Below are positions 1-12,600 of a stretch of DNA of 64,000 nt, in pieces. The position numbers were made by a program, and so were the translations under genes. Position 1 is the first letter of the stretch; each line of letters starts with the position of its first letter. The notes beneath the pieces were generated by a model. The model was not told the origin of the DNA and did no database searches. It was given only the letters and a program-made list of their open reading frames with translations. This DNA comes from Octopus sinensis (taxonomy: Eukaryota), in assembly GCF_006345805.1 (NCBI RefSeq), contig NC_043012.1:33976001-34040000 (forward strand), in the 5' to 3' direction.

Positions 1-807
1 AGCACGAGAATTTAAAAGGGAGACAATTTTATCCACTGATGATCTCCCATGTCTAATTTTCAATATCAATCCCTACTAATTCTACTCTTCATTCTGTTTC
101 TCCTTCTCACACCTTGTCTGGGCCCTTTTCGTATATTACGTTTTTTGCTCTGCATTCTCATCCCATCCCATTTCAAATCACTTGGATTTGACTGCAAACT
201 TTGACCATCCTTCCCTTACACACTACTCATTAACCCCACTACCCTCACATTTCTTCATTCATTTTGACACAAATCGAAATCGATCAAAAATCAATGGAAA
301 TTGTAGTTGTGATATCAGTGCCGGTGGCATGTAAAAGAACCATCCGAACATGGCCGTTGCCAGCGCCACCTTGACTGGCCTCCGTGTCGGTGGCACGTAA
401 AAACCACCAACCGATCGTGGCCGTTACCAGCTTTGCCTGGCACGTAAAAAGCACCCACTACACTCACGGAGTGGTTGGCGTTAGGAAGGACATCCAGCCA
501 TAGAAACACTGCCAGATCAGACTGGAGCCTGGTGCAGCCTCCTGGCTTTCCAGACCCCGGTCGAACCATCCAACCCATGCTAGCATGGAAAGTGGATGTT
601 AAATGATGATGATGATAATTTCTTCAACCCACCTCTCTCTATTCTCTCATTCACCTTCAACAACTCTTCTATTTATTATTTCTTTGGTGACACAAACCTT
701 CACCATCATTTTCTTTTAACTCAGTAACTTACTATTTCTAGTTAGTTTTATGATATTTCCTGTATTTGAAATGTTAACAATAACTTTAATTTTTTTTTTT
801 TATGCAG

Positions 808-903
808 ATAGCATTTTAGAGTAGTTTATACAAAACCAATCTAAAATTGACTTATTGTCATCACTACTTCAGCAACTACAATAAAGTTTGTGTAGCTGAG
901 GAG
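808..903 (+). other. Candidate exon of an unidentified plus-strand transcript
   Basis: taac branch-like site, long T tract, tgcag| at 807 and GAG|gtatgc at 903. One frame is open from 820 (SSLYKTNLKLTYCHHYFSNYNKVCVAEE) but has TAG at 817-819 if the first AG is used. Confidence 0.35.
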
Positions 904-3465
904 GTATGCATAAGACTAAAATATGTCTGTGGTTGTCTCCCATGCTTCCTGAAAAGAATCAGGAGACTGGCTAATATTTATTTCCTTCAGTACATTTATT
1001 TTCAGACGGCATTAACATATTTATGGTTTTGTTTTGGTTGTTTAACCCCGGTCATTCCAAAAGTGACCATCCCATCTTTTTAAACAAATAGTCTAAGACT
1101 ACATTATCCAATTATCCTCCTTTTTTTTTAAAGATGGCAGAATGTGATTTTAGGGAGAGTTGGATGCTGTTTTTAGCAGGTCAAACAATGATTGCCATTG
1201 TTTAGTTGTAGCTCAACCCTGATTCAGGAGATCAAAAAAATGCCAGCTATGACCATCGTCTTATTTCCCTGGCATAGCTGTGAGGTTTCAGGTTCAATCC
1301 CACTCCACAGCACCACAAACAAGTGTCTTCTGTAACACCAGACTGACCAATGCCTTGGAAGTGAATTTGGTAAACAGAGACTGGAGGAAGCCTATTGAAC
1401 GTGTGTGTGTATATATACATACATCATCATCATCATCATCATCATTTAACGTCCGCTTTCCATGCTAGCATGGGTTGGACGGTTCAACTGGGGTCTGGGG
1501 AGCCCGAAGGCTGCACCAGGCCAGTCAGATCTGGCAGTGTTTCTACAGCTGGATGCCCTTCCTAACGCCAACCACTCCGAGAGTGTAGTGGGTGATTTTA
1601 TGTGCCACCGACACAGGTGCCAGACGAGGCTGGCGAACGGCCACGCTCGGATGGTGTTTTTATGTGCCACCGACACAGGTGCCAGACGAGGCTGGCGAAC
1701 GGCCACGCTCGGATGGTGTTTTTATGTGCCACCGACACAGGTGCCAGACGAGGCTGATGAACGGCCACGATCGGATGGTGTTTCTTACGTGCCCACAGCA
1801 CGGAGGCCAGTCGATGCGGTACTGGCTACGGCCACGTTCGGATGGTTTTCTTGTGTGCCACCGGCACTGGTACCACAAAGATACAAATTCCATTGATGTT
1901 CATCTATTTTGATTTGATTTGATTTGATTTTCACTTGCCTCATCAGGTCTTCACAAGTGTCACAAGAAGGAAGGAAGGTATGCACAGGTGAACTGACAAC
2001 GTCCCAGGTAGGGGCCACGGGTTATGGCCTGACTAGTCTTGCCGGGTCTTCGGATGATGTTTTTATGTGTCTCCGACACAGGTGCCAGATGGATGGTGTT
2101 TGTTACGTGCCCACAGCACGGAGGCCAGTCGATGCGGTACTGGCTACAGCCACGTTCGGATGGTTTTCTTGTGTGCCATCGGCACTGGTACCACAAAGAT
2201 ACAAATTCCATTGATGTTCATCTATTTTGATTTGATTTGATTTGATTTGATTTGATCACTTGTCTCAACAGGTCTTCACAAGTGTCACAAGAAGGAAGGT
2301 ATGCACAGGTGGACTGACTACGTCCCAGGTAGAGGCCACGGGTTATGGCCTAACTAGTCTTGCCGGGTCTTCGGATGGTGTTTTTATGTGCCACCGACAC
2401 AGGTGCCAGATGAGGCTGGCGAACGGCCACGATCGGATGGTGTTTGTTATGAGCCCACAGCACAGAGGCCAGTCGATGCGGTACTGGCTACGGCCATGTT
2501 CGGATGGTTATCTTGTGTGCCACCGGCCCTGGTACCACAAAGATACAAGTTCCATTGATGTTCATCTATTTTGATTTGTTATGATTTGATCACTTGCCTC
2601 AACAGGTCTTCACAAGTGTCACAAGAAGGAATGTATGCACAGGCGGACTGACTACGTCCCAGGTAGGGGCCACGGGTTATGGCCTGACTAGTCTTGCCGG
2701 GTCTTCAGATGGTGTTTTTATGTGCCACCGACACAGGTGCCTGATGAAGCTGGCGAACGGACATGATCGGATGGTGTTTGTTACGTGCCCATACATACAT
2801 ATTCATTCATGAGTGCGTATGTACATGATTGTTGACATTTTACAGCTTTTAGTGAAATGATGGCACTTAAAAAGCACCATCCGTACGTGGCCGATGACAC
2901 GTAAAAAGCACCAACCAATCGTGGCCGTTGCCAGCCTACCCTGGCAACTGTGCTGGTGGCACGTAAAAAGCACCCACTACACTCACTGAGTGGTTGGCGT
3001 TAGGAAGGGCATCCAGCTGTAGAAACACTGCAGATCAGACTGGAGCCTGGTGCAGCATCCTACCCCGGTCGAACCGTCCAACCCATGCTAGCATGGAAAA
3101 CAGACGTTAAACGATGATGATGATCTGATGTTCACATTCCTTGTTCAAATTATGACCAATTGCTCTGTGCTTTTAAATGTATGGAATAAAAATATCTGTT
3201 ACTTGAAAACGAGGTAAAGGTTGGCAGCAGGAAAAGCATCTAAGTGTAAAAACCTGCCATAAATCATACTAACATAACAAAAAAAAACATTAAATAAATG
3301 AACATAGTAGATAATGTAGTCCTTGATAAATTGTCTTTTACCAGCAGAATAAAATTTGGCTGCTATTTCTAGCAGCTAGAATAATTGCACAGAGGCTTGG
3401 GCAGTTTTGTTCCAAAGCCAAAAGATATCTTGCACTGATTCACTAAATGTCTCTCTTTTTTGCAG

Positions 3466-3633
3466 GCCAGCACCATTCTAGGAACGTATCATGACAAGAA
3501 TGACTTTATATTTAAACAACAACAAATTCTTCAACAATATTGCGACACATTTGATTCTAATTTACAACTTTCCTTGGAAAATGCAGCACCAACTCCCTGC
3601 ACACCTGACCACAAATCTCTTAAGAGTCATTAG
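3466..3633 (+). CDS. Candidate exon of an unidentified convergent gene (ASTILGTYHDKNDFIFKQQQILQQYCDTFDSNLQLSLENAAPTPCTPDHKSLKSH*)
   Basis: ctctcttttttgcag| acceptor and 55 open codons, then TAG|gtaaag. It is followed by a 108-nt GT-AG intron (3634-3741) ending ttttgtttttctcctcag. Confidence 0.45.
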   Translation, partial: ASTILGTYHDKNDFIFKQQQILQQYCDTFDSNLQLSLENAAPTPCTPDHKSLKSH

Positions 3634-4085
3634 GTAAAGTAAAATAAAATTTGAGAATAAATCAAATAAAGATCAATGAGATCATTACAAGAAAAAGAAA
3701 AAGTTTATGATGTGAAGTTTTTGTTTTGTTTTTCTCCTCAGAAACATTTGCAATATCTTGAAAACATTATTAGCGAGGTCATTGCCAGTACCGCCTGACT
3801 GCCCCCCCCCCGTGCCGTGGCACGTAAAAGGGCACCATTCGAGCGTGATCGTTACCAACGTCGCCTGACTGGCCCCTGTGCCGGTGACATGTAAAAAGCA
3901 CCCACTACACTCTCGGAGTGGTTGGCGTTAGGAAAGGCATCCAGCTGTAGAAACTCTGCCAGATCAAGATTGGAGCCTGGTGCAGCCATCTGGTTCGCCA
4001 GCCCTCAGTCAAAATCCTCCAACCCATGCTAGCATGGAAAGCGGACGTTAAACGATGACGAACGAACGATAAGATGGTGAAACTG

Positions 4086-4480
4086 ACAGAATCGTTAGCA
4101 AGCCCGTGGCCCTCAACAGGTTGTCTGGTGGAAACCTCCAGTTGTCTTCCACATCATGTGATGCTATATCCCCCTCTATTTTGTCAAAAGCTTCAAGTAA
4201 TACGTCTCTAAATCTCTGTCCATTCGCAGGATCCTTAAGCTTCCAGACCCTTCTCCTCCATGCTGGTCGTCTTCTGGGCATCCATTTAGCCCCAATCCTG
4301 AAGCTGTTAACTACAAATCTAAGTTGTGGGGTGCATTCTTCACCTGGGAAGGTTTTGGCATTTATAAGTAACCATCTTTCCCGTTTCCTGGCAAGGATGT
4401 AGTCAATTTGACTAATGTGTCTACCAGATCGGTAGGTGAATAGGTGACTGGCAGGTTTCCTGAAGTTAGTGTTATTCTGT
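4086..4480 (-). mobile_element. RTE LINE apurinic-endonuclease fragment
   Basis: Track ORF 4048..4506: NTNFRKPASHLFTYRSGRHISQIDYILARKRE...AKTFPGEECTPQ (NTxF..K, SQIDY motifs). Confidence 0.85.
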
Positions 4481-5825
4481 AATAAGAGTTGGGCAATGAA
4501 AAACATATTAATGCTTAGGAGACAACAGGGCCAATCTATTGGCCAAGAAGTCGAATGACAAAGAAAATTGTATTAGTTCATTCAATTTCCTACAAGAATA
4601 TAGTTTTATATATGAAAAGTAATAACTTTATTTTTTATAATTTTTTTTGAAAAATAAGTGCATGCCCTCTGTAGGACTTGTGAAAAGGGCTCCGTCTTCT
4701 TGGCACTGAAACTCCAAATGAGGCTCTGTCTCTAAAGGGTTAATAAGTAGAATTCCACGACAGCATAAAGAACACAGGACAGGATAAATAGAAAACACTC
4801 AAATCAACCCAATTTGAAATAGACTGGCTTTATTTAAGGGTGGTTTTTGCAGGGTATTAGGGTGTCTCTTTCTCTCTAAAATAGTCATTCTTCTCTCTCA
4901 GATCCTTCAGTTTAGCAAAACAAGTACTGTTCTATCCTTTTCTTATTTTTTAAACTATTAGTTAGATTACTCTGTGTAAAAATGTATATGTGTATATAAC
5001 TCTGTGTGTATGCATGTCTGTGTGCACATGCATTTCCTCACTGCACATAGCAGAAGTTACTTGAAGCTGATCTTTTTCTCCATTGCTATTCAGGTCCTTG
5101 TTTTCAGTTGCTGTGAAAATACAGAAACAGCAAGAGAAGTGTTACTTTCAAAGAAATATATTCATTTGTTTTGACACTTCTTTTTTCCATGCTGGCATGG
5201 GTTAGACAAAAACATTATTGAGACATTGTTTTGCAGCTGGATGCCCATCCAGTCTCTAACTCTTACCTGATTTTCAAATACAGGAATATATATACGTTAT
5301 ATGTATGTATACACACTCAACATTTGTTGTTTAATTAGATTTAGCCAGCAGGGTCTTGGTCATGACTACTAAATATTGCCTCTACACTTTATTGAGGTCA
5401 AGCTAGGTCAGGGGAGAGCCACATACATAGAGGGCCTCATTAAAAAGTGTGACTTTTGCTTTCTTGACCAATCTCAGTTGTGAGGCAGTTTGACCCGGTC
5501 GAGGCAAAGGGGGGCAACTGCCTTCATCATAGTCTTGTCATGGAATCCATCTTTAAGATGACAAAAGTGATAAGAACAGGTTGGTTGGGGAGAAAGAGGA
5601 CAGGCAAGCCTGGCCCTTGGGGCACTAATCCCTTTCAACTGCCATATGTCCCAGCATTCATGTGTCTTGCTACATGTGGCAAGTGGTAAACCACTTTGGA
5701 GTGAAAGCAGTCTGTTTCTACTGCTACACTTTGCATCTGGTCTTGCCAGGAAGTTTGATGTCCAGTACGACAATTTGTTCTTATATCATGGATAGAACTG
5801 ACTAGTCTCTGTGGTCTGGTCTATG

Positions 5826-5828
<3 letters not shown>

Positions 5829-5868
<40 letters not shown>

Positions 5869-5880
5869 CACACACACATG
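5829..5880. repeat. (TA)n/(CA)n microsatellite; similar tracts at about 29005-29062, 29315-29365, 55980-56045, 54085-54112
   Basis: Directly visible. Confidence 0.95.
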
Positions 5881-6601
5881 CACACACAAACATACATACA
5901 GTAAAAAGCGATAGACCTGTGACGATGATAACAGTAGGCAAGAAACGAATTTAGATAAAATAATATTGAAGGTAAAATTCAGTTTTTGGGGGTTTGTTTT
6001 TAAAAGACAAATAGTTAAAAATAGAAAAAGAATCACATGTTCTGCTGGTAGAGAAAACTGAAGAATAGTTTGGGGTGAGCATTTGGGTGTGAAATGTGAG
6101 AGGTCAAATGTCACAAAAAGAATAAATGAAAGTTTTAGTTTTAGAGATAATCCATATAGGCACACATCACGCAACCCACATACATACACACACACACACA
6201 CAAACATACATACAGGTCTCACACACACATCTGTTCTCCTTGCATGTCATAAAAGAAACCAGTCCCTTCAAAGTCTGAGAGGTGTGTTCCAAAATCAGCT
6301 GCAGAAACTAAGATTATTTGTTGTTGTAGTTGTTCACCATATGGAGACTGGAACTGTTGAAGACAACCATCCAGTAAATACCGTAAGAAAAAAAAAAAAA
6401 AAGAGCCAACTTCAGTCATTTTCTTCAGATTGTCACCAAATTCTCAAAGATGTCAGAAGAAGGTGAAAGAACGGTGTAAAAAAAAAATTATTTAAAAATA
6501 TTTTCAGATTTCTTTCATTTATGTTCCATTTACTTTGTTTTCTGTCAGTGTTGAAGCAGAGGAATTTAATGTCTTTGATTTAGTTCTTATTATTAAGTAG
6601 A

Positions 6602-6662
6602 TTACCGAAAGAGGCGGGCAAATTCTTTCACAGCATTGCACACTTGTTTTACAGACTCCGCA
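6602..6662 (-). CDS. TNPO3: TNPO3 last coding exon: [19 protein letters not shown]
   Basis: atttgcag|T GCG...CGG TAA; matches the recalled human end ...RDFTRLFR. Confidence 0.96.
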
Positions 6663-9600
6663 CTGCAAATTGGAGAAACGAAAATGTAAAATATTAAAAA
6701 AGGCATCGAATGAAATTGTGATGGAAGATTTAAGAAAAATTATTTTAACTTTTAGACAAGAAATGGAAAAACAAAAAACACAGTGGCAGAAGTGACAGAT
6801 TTGAACTCAGAACACAGGGGTTCCAGATAAACACTTAAAGTCTTGAAGGACATTCTATTATAATAAAAACAATGGAGATATGGGTTTCTCTATGATGATG
6901 TAATTTCATTTCTGTGGTTTTAGCCAAATTGGTGCATCAATATTTTGAGTTCTCTTCATTTAGGTAAAGAAGAATATAGTTTATGTCCAACCGAGGTTAA
7001 TCTGTGGAAGAGGTAGACCCAGGAAGATGTGGGATGAAGTGGTGAAATATGACCTTGAGATGTTGAGCCTCACAGAGGTGATGACAAGTGACCGAAACTT
7101 TTGGTGATTCCCTGTGCTGCTGAAGAAGGCACATGAAGCCTAGTGAAATCGTAGGTGCGACCAGTGCTGGTGACACAAGAGGCACCTGTGCCAGTTACAC
7201 ATAATAGGCACCCATGCTGATGACACGTAAAAGACACCCAGTATACTCTGTGGAGTGGTTAGTGTTAAGAAGGACATCCAACCATGGAAACCATGGAAAC
7301 CAAGCCAGGTGCAGCTCTAGTTTACCAGCCCCCAGTCAAACCATTCTATCCATGCCTCTATGGAAAACAAATGCTAAATGATGATGATGATGAAATAAGG
7401 ATATTTCACTCTTGGAGTGGTTGGCGTTTGGAAGGGCATCCAGCTGTAAAAACTCTGCCAGATCAAGATTGAAGCCTGGTGCAGCCACCAGGTTTGCCAG
7501 CCCTCAGTCATTCGTCCAACCCATGCTAGCATGGAAAATGGATGTTAAACGATGATGATGAGGATTCTGAGAATAGACACTTTTGAAGGGTTTTCTCCAA
7601 CATCACCAAAGTACAAAAACTATAACAAATAAAATGAAACCATCAAGAATGTTATTCCATTTCCTGAGCCACTATTCTACTGAGCCAAATTCTTGTTTTA
7701 TTCACTTAGCACTACAGATTTCAGTTTGCCTGGCTGACAAAAGGTGCCATCTCTTACTTTACAGCTGAGTGGTTAACAGCAGGAAGCAAGTAAAGACACC
7801 AAAGCATGAAATCAATTACTCAAAATAATATGCAAATGTACAAATTTATATCAAAAAAACAATTCTAATATGGAGAGTGGATGAAAAGCAGAAAGGAAGA
7901 AGAAAATGTGTTTAGGAACACACACAAACAAGCTAATGAAGGAGTCTCATACAAAGCAAGACATAACAGCTGAATGCCCCCGCAAATTACATTGGACAAT
8001 GTAGTGACTGATATAAAAATGGACCAGTTGGTCATGGTTGGCACAAGGTCGGCTTGATCAAAGTTGACCTGGGGTTAAAAAGCAACAACACACAAAATAA
8101 ATGACTAAAATCTTACCTTGTAACAGCTTTATGAAATTCTGTAAGCTGTGTATGGGTGGCCGTAATGGTACCACCACTGCTCTCAGTTGGTAAAGATTTT
8201 AGTGTAACTTCCAGCCATTGACAGAAGGTCTAGCAGTAGAAAACAGCAAAGAGAAAAATAGCTTAAAAAATAGAAAACAATAATAATTTTCATCAACAAC
8301 AACAGCTTTACTTCAGTAACATCATGAAATATTTTCTTCTCATATGTCAATCACTGGGATTAGAACTCAAGAGCTAAAGTATTCAGCTGGTACTCTATCT
8401 ATGATACCACACTCTCAATGGCGCCAACAAATTTGGGATTCTTGATATCTCCATATTTTCCATTGAAAAACCTTTAAATTCGGAATCACTGCTTGATAGC
8501 GTGAAACTCCTATCCATTCTCAAAGTTGAATACAAAAATCGACGCCAAAAAAATGTGGAAAAAATCTCCCAAAATTCACTGAGTTCAGATATCACATCAA
8601 GTAATGTCAGATACTATAATTCAACTATCTACAAAGTGAAATCACATATTTTCACAAATGTACTAACAAGATTTGTGCTTAAATTCACATTTAAATAACA
8701 ATGGGTACTCTCGGCCGGCTTTGGCCTGGTTGATCTTATGAACCAAAATATTTTTCGGCCAGCCACAGCCAGGTTAGTATCGAAAGGGTTAGGAAGAGCT
8801 AAAGATTGAACACAAATGCAGGATTTTTAAGTCTCTGCACCACTGCTAATTGTTGACCTTAATTAGGTTAATTTTTCTTTTTGAGAGAATTCAAGCAAGC
8901 CTCCTTATTTGGCAGGCCTGTAGGTGGTGCTGGGGGGCTGGTTTTTAAATTTTGAAAATGATTAAGTATCTACCCTCAAAGAAATCAGAAACAGGAAAAA
9001 CAAACCTACAAGTTTGGCTCCTTAAAACAAGGAAGCAGCCAGTATATGACCGCATCACCTAATAGAAATAGCAGCCAGATCTTCCTAAAATTACTAAAAG
9101 AAGAACATACTGGATAAGTAATTCTAGATGTGCTATAATATAAAAATGGTTATGACCAGAACATCTTTGGTCCTACGTCTGCTTGAGTGAGGCTGAACAA
9201 GAGCAAGATAAAGGAGAGCAACTGACCGGTCTGTCGAAGAGCATCAATTCGTAGATCACATCAGCAACGTCTGAGACCATGTAAGTAGGAAGACAATAGA
9301 CAGCCGTATTGAGGAGAGAGTGCACTAGTGTTTGGCCATGTTCTCGTAGTAAGTCTTCGACTAATGTGCGTCGTGTCTCAAAGTCATCTTTATGCTGAAA
9401 GAAAAAGGAACAAAAACAGACTCATATATTTAGATAGCATTTAGTAATATCAGTCATATAATAGAACATTTCACACATGTACATATATAGCAACCACGAC
9501 ATCATGTGATAGTTGTAAGCATGGGTCACCATGATACAAACAGTGTCTTTTATTTCCAATTTTCTGTCTGGTCATGAGGGAAGTGACAGATACTGGTGTC

Positions 9601-12600
9601 ACACAAATGGCACCCATGCTGATGGCATGTAAAAGCACCCATTACGCTCTCAGAGTGGTTGGCATTAGGAAGGGCATCCAGCCATAGAAAACCATGCCAA
9701 ATCAGACTGGAGCCTGGCGCAGCCTTCCAGCTTACCAGCCCTGGTCAAACCGTTCAACCCATGGACAATAAATGATGATAATGTTTTCACAGCAGATGTC
9801 AATAACGATGCCGTCTACATGGTGACAATACTTACACAGCATATCAGACAATGAAATAACACACACATAATGGGTTTCTTACAATTTCCATCAACCAGTT
9901 CCACCTACAAGATATTGGTTGACCGCAGCAGAAAGAAAGCGGAAACATGTGGCTGTGAAGTGGATTTAATCATAGAACTATGCCTGTACCAGTAAACAGT
10001 AGACTTCTTATCCAGATGGTCATACTGTCCTGACAGCCCAAGCAGTATTTTCCCCAGCCTGGTTCACTTTGACATTTCTGCCTTTCAAAAAAGGTCAAAG
10101 GTCATATTAGATAATGCAATCATAGACAATACTATATATAGCAAAACTGGATCCCTTTTAATCATAAGTCTGATTAAACAGGACTAATTAATGATGATTT
10201 CAAATTCTGGCACAAAGCCAACAAGCTTGGAAGAGGGGCAAGTACAATTACATCAACCCCAGTGCTCAGCTGGTATTTATTTACGAGCTGGCAGAATCGT
10301 TAACACGGTGGACGAAATGCTTAGCGGTATTTCGTCTGTCTCTATGTTCCAAGTTCAAATTCCGCCGAGGTTGACTTTGCCTTTCATCTTTTCGGGGTCG
10401 ATTAAATAAGTACCAGTTACGCACTAGGGTCGATGTAATCGACTTAATCCATTTGTCTGTCCTTGTTTGTCCCCTCTGTGTTTAGCCCCTTAGGGGTAGT
10501 AAAGAAATAGGTATTTATTTTACTAAACCCAAAAAGGATGAAGGGAAAATCAACCTCAGCAGAATTTGAACTCAAAACACAAAGATGGACAAAATATTGC
10601 TCAGCATTTTGCCTGCCATGCTAACAATTCTGCCAGTTCACCACTTTGGACTAATTAATAATAAAGGTAATAATAAAAACAACAATAATAATAATAAATA
10701 AAAGGATTTTTTAAAGTAAAATATTTGACTTACTTCTTTTGCTGTTGCACAGTTAATTAAATCTTCAAGAAATTTCATCACAGATGCATTAGCATCTCTG
10801 TGATCAAGAGAACATGCTGCTATTGAACAGCAGAGAATAGCCTTAGACATCTGACACTGTAAAAAGGCAACAGGTGCTCTCTGCACGAACCTGAATCAGA
10901 ATGGAATCATGTGATCAATGAAACAAACAAGTTTGGGAATAATTACAAACAAGGGTAGTATGGTTTATTTGGCTACAGGGGTCTACCTAGTCCCTCAAAA
11001 TGCTAGAAATAACAGTCATCTCTTCCTCAGTAAGTAATATTGGGTGACATAGTCCTAGACATGCTTCTAAAAAAAAAAAAAGGCAGAATAGTCGTGGTTG
11101 GAATGCCTCAGATCATAGGCCTGCAATGTCAGTGTTAGCCTGGAGTTAAACAACAATAACCATAAGTTTGTTTGTGTTTTGTTGTAAAAAGACAGGAAGT
11201 GTTTTCAAAGTGAGTGACAGAAGAATTCCAGGGAAAATAAAAGACAAGTGTGTGTGGTTAAGAAGGTTATTTAGCAATCTTGTGGTTCTGAGTTCAACAT
11301 TCAGTGTATGATACCTTGAGCAAGTATCTTCTTCAGCAAGTCTTTCAGCAACACAAGTTTAAAGAATGAAACCAGTTAAACAGGAAACTGTGTGGGAGAC
11401 TGTCAGAGGGGCTACATGTACTGTGTAGTGGCCCTTATCCACTGCCCAGTTTTCCACCAACTCTATCACCACCTGTCAGAAGGATTGTACCTTTTGTTGT
11501 GTAGTGAACTTCATCCACTGCTCAAGTCTCCAGTCTGTAGACCACTCTATCTATCCTACTGCGGCAACCCTAAGAGTCGTGGTTTAAGCGCCTACCCCTC
11601 CCCAACCCTTTCTTCTTCATTAGGCCCTACAATAAAAGGGTCAAGGCTGTCGTAACCCTTCCTGCTTGAAACCATTAAGAATAATTAAAAGTTTTTCAGA
11701 GAGCAAACCTGAGGCAAAGACGAAATAAGTCGTCGACAGTGTCAGGATGGTTGCGAAGACCATTATGTTCTTCAAGTTGTTTGAAGGCCGGCGTACAAAA
11801 TGCCTACAAAACAAAAAAAAAAACAAAACACTGGGTAAAATACATATTGAAAAAAAAATTAATAAACAAAATGGAAATAACCTGAATGTTTGTAATTTCT
11901 TGCGAAAGAAACAAATGAGAAAATGGTAGCATCATAAGTAAGTTAAAAGAGACATGGTTGTGAAGTAAGTTTGTTTCACATGTATATTCATGTAGGATTC
12001 AATCTGCCAAGAGTCATGGAGATTTAGAAACTATTTACTTCATGTTAAAGTTATCTTCAAACAACGCATTCATTGAAACTGCAAAAATGGCCAGGGAGTA
12101 TGTAATAACTAGCAATAAAAAAACTAGAACAATTTCAATAAAATATCGAGTTTGTTGTCCTTACTTGCAGCATATTCAATAAACCAGGGACACAATTAGG
12201 GTCTGTGCCATATTCATCAACTAAAATACTTCCAAGATAAAGAAAACAGGAGTGTTGATGGACTTGATACAGAGTAACCATCTGCAAAGGGAGAAAAAAA
12301 TAATTAATAATAATGGTTTCAAACTTTGGCACAAGGCCAGCAATTTCAGGGTAGGGGTTAAGTCAATTACATTGATCCAGTGTTCAACTGGTACTTACTT
12401 TACCGACCCCAAAAGGATGAAAGACAAAGCTGACCTTGGTGGAATATGAACTCAGAACATAAAGATGGACAAAATACTGCTAAGCAATTTGTTCAATGTG
12501 ATCACAATTCTGCCAGCTGGCCACCTTACTGATGATGATGATAATAATAATAATCCTTTTGCCGTTTTAATAGCAACTAAACTGAAACGACTCATTTAAA

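Noticed and set aside
4600-6601. Exact TNPO3 3'UTR end and polyadenylation site
   Set aside because: Several AATAAA candidates exist on the minus strand and cannot be distinguished without transcript data.
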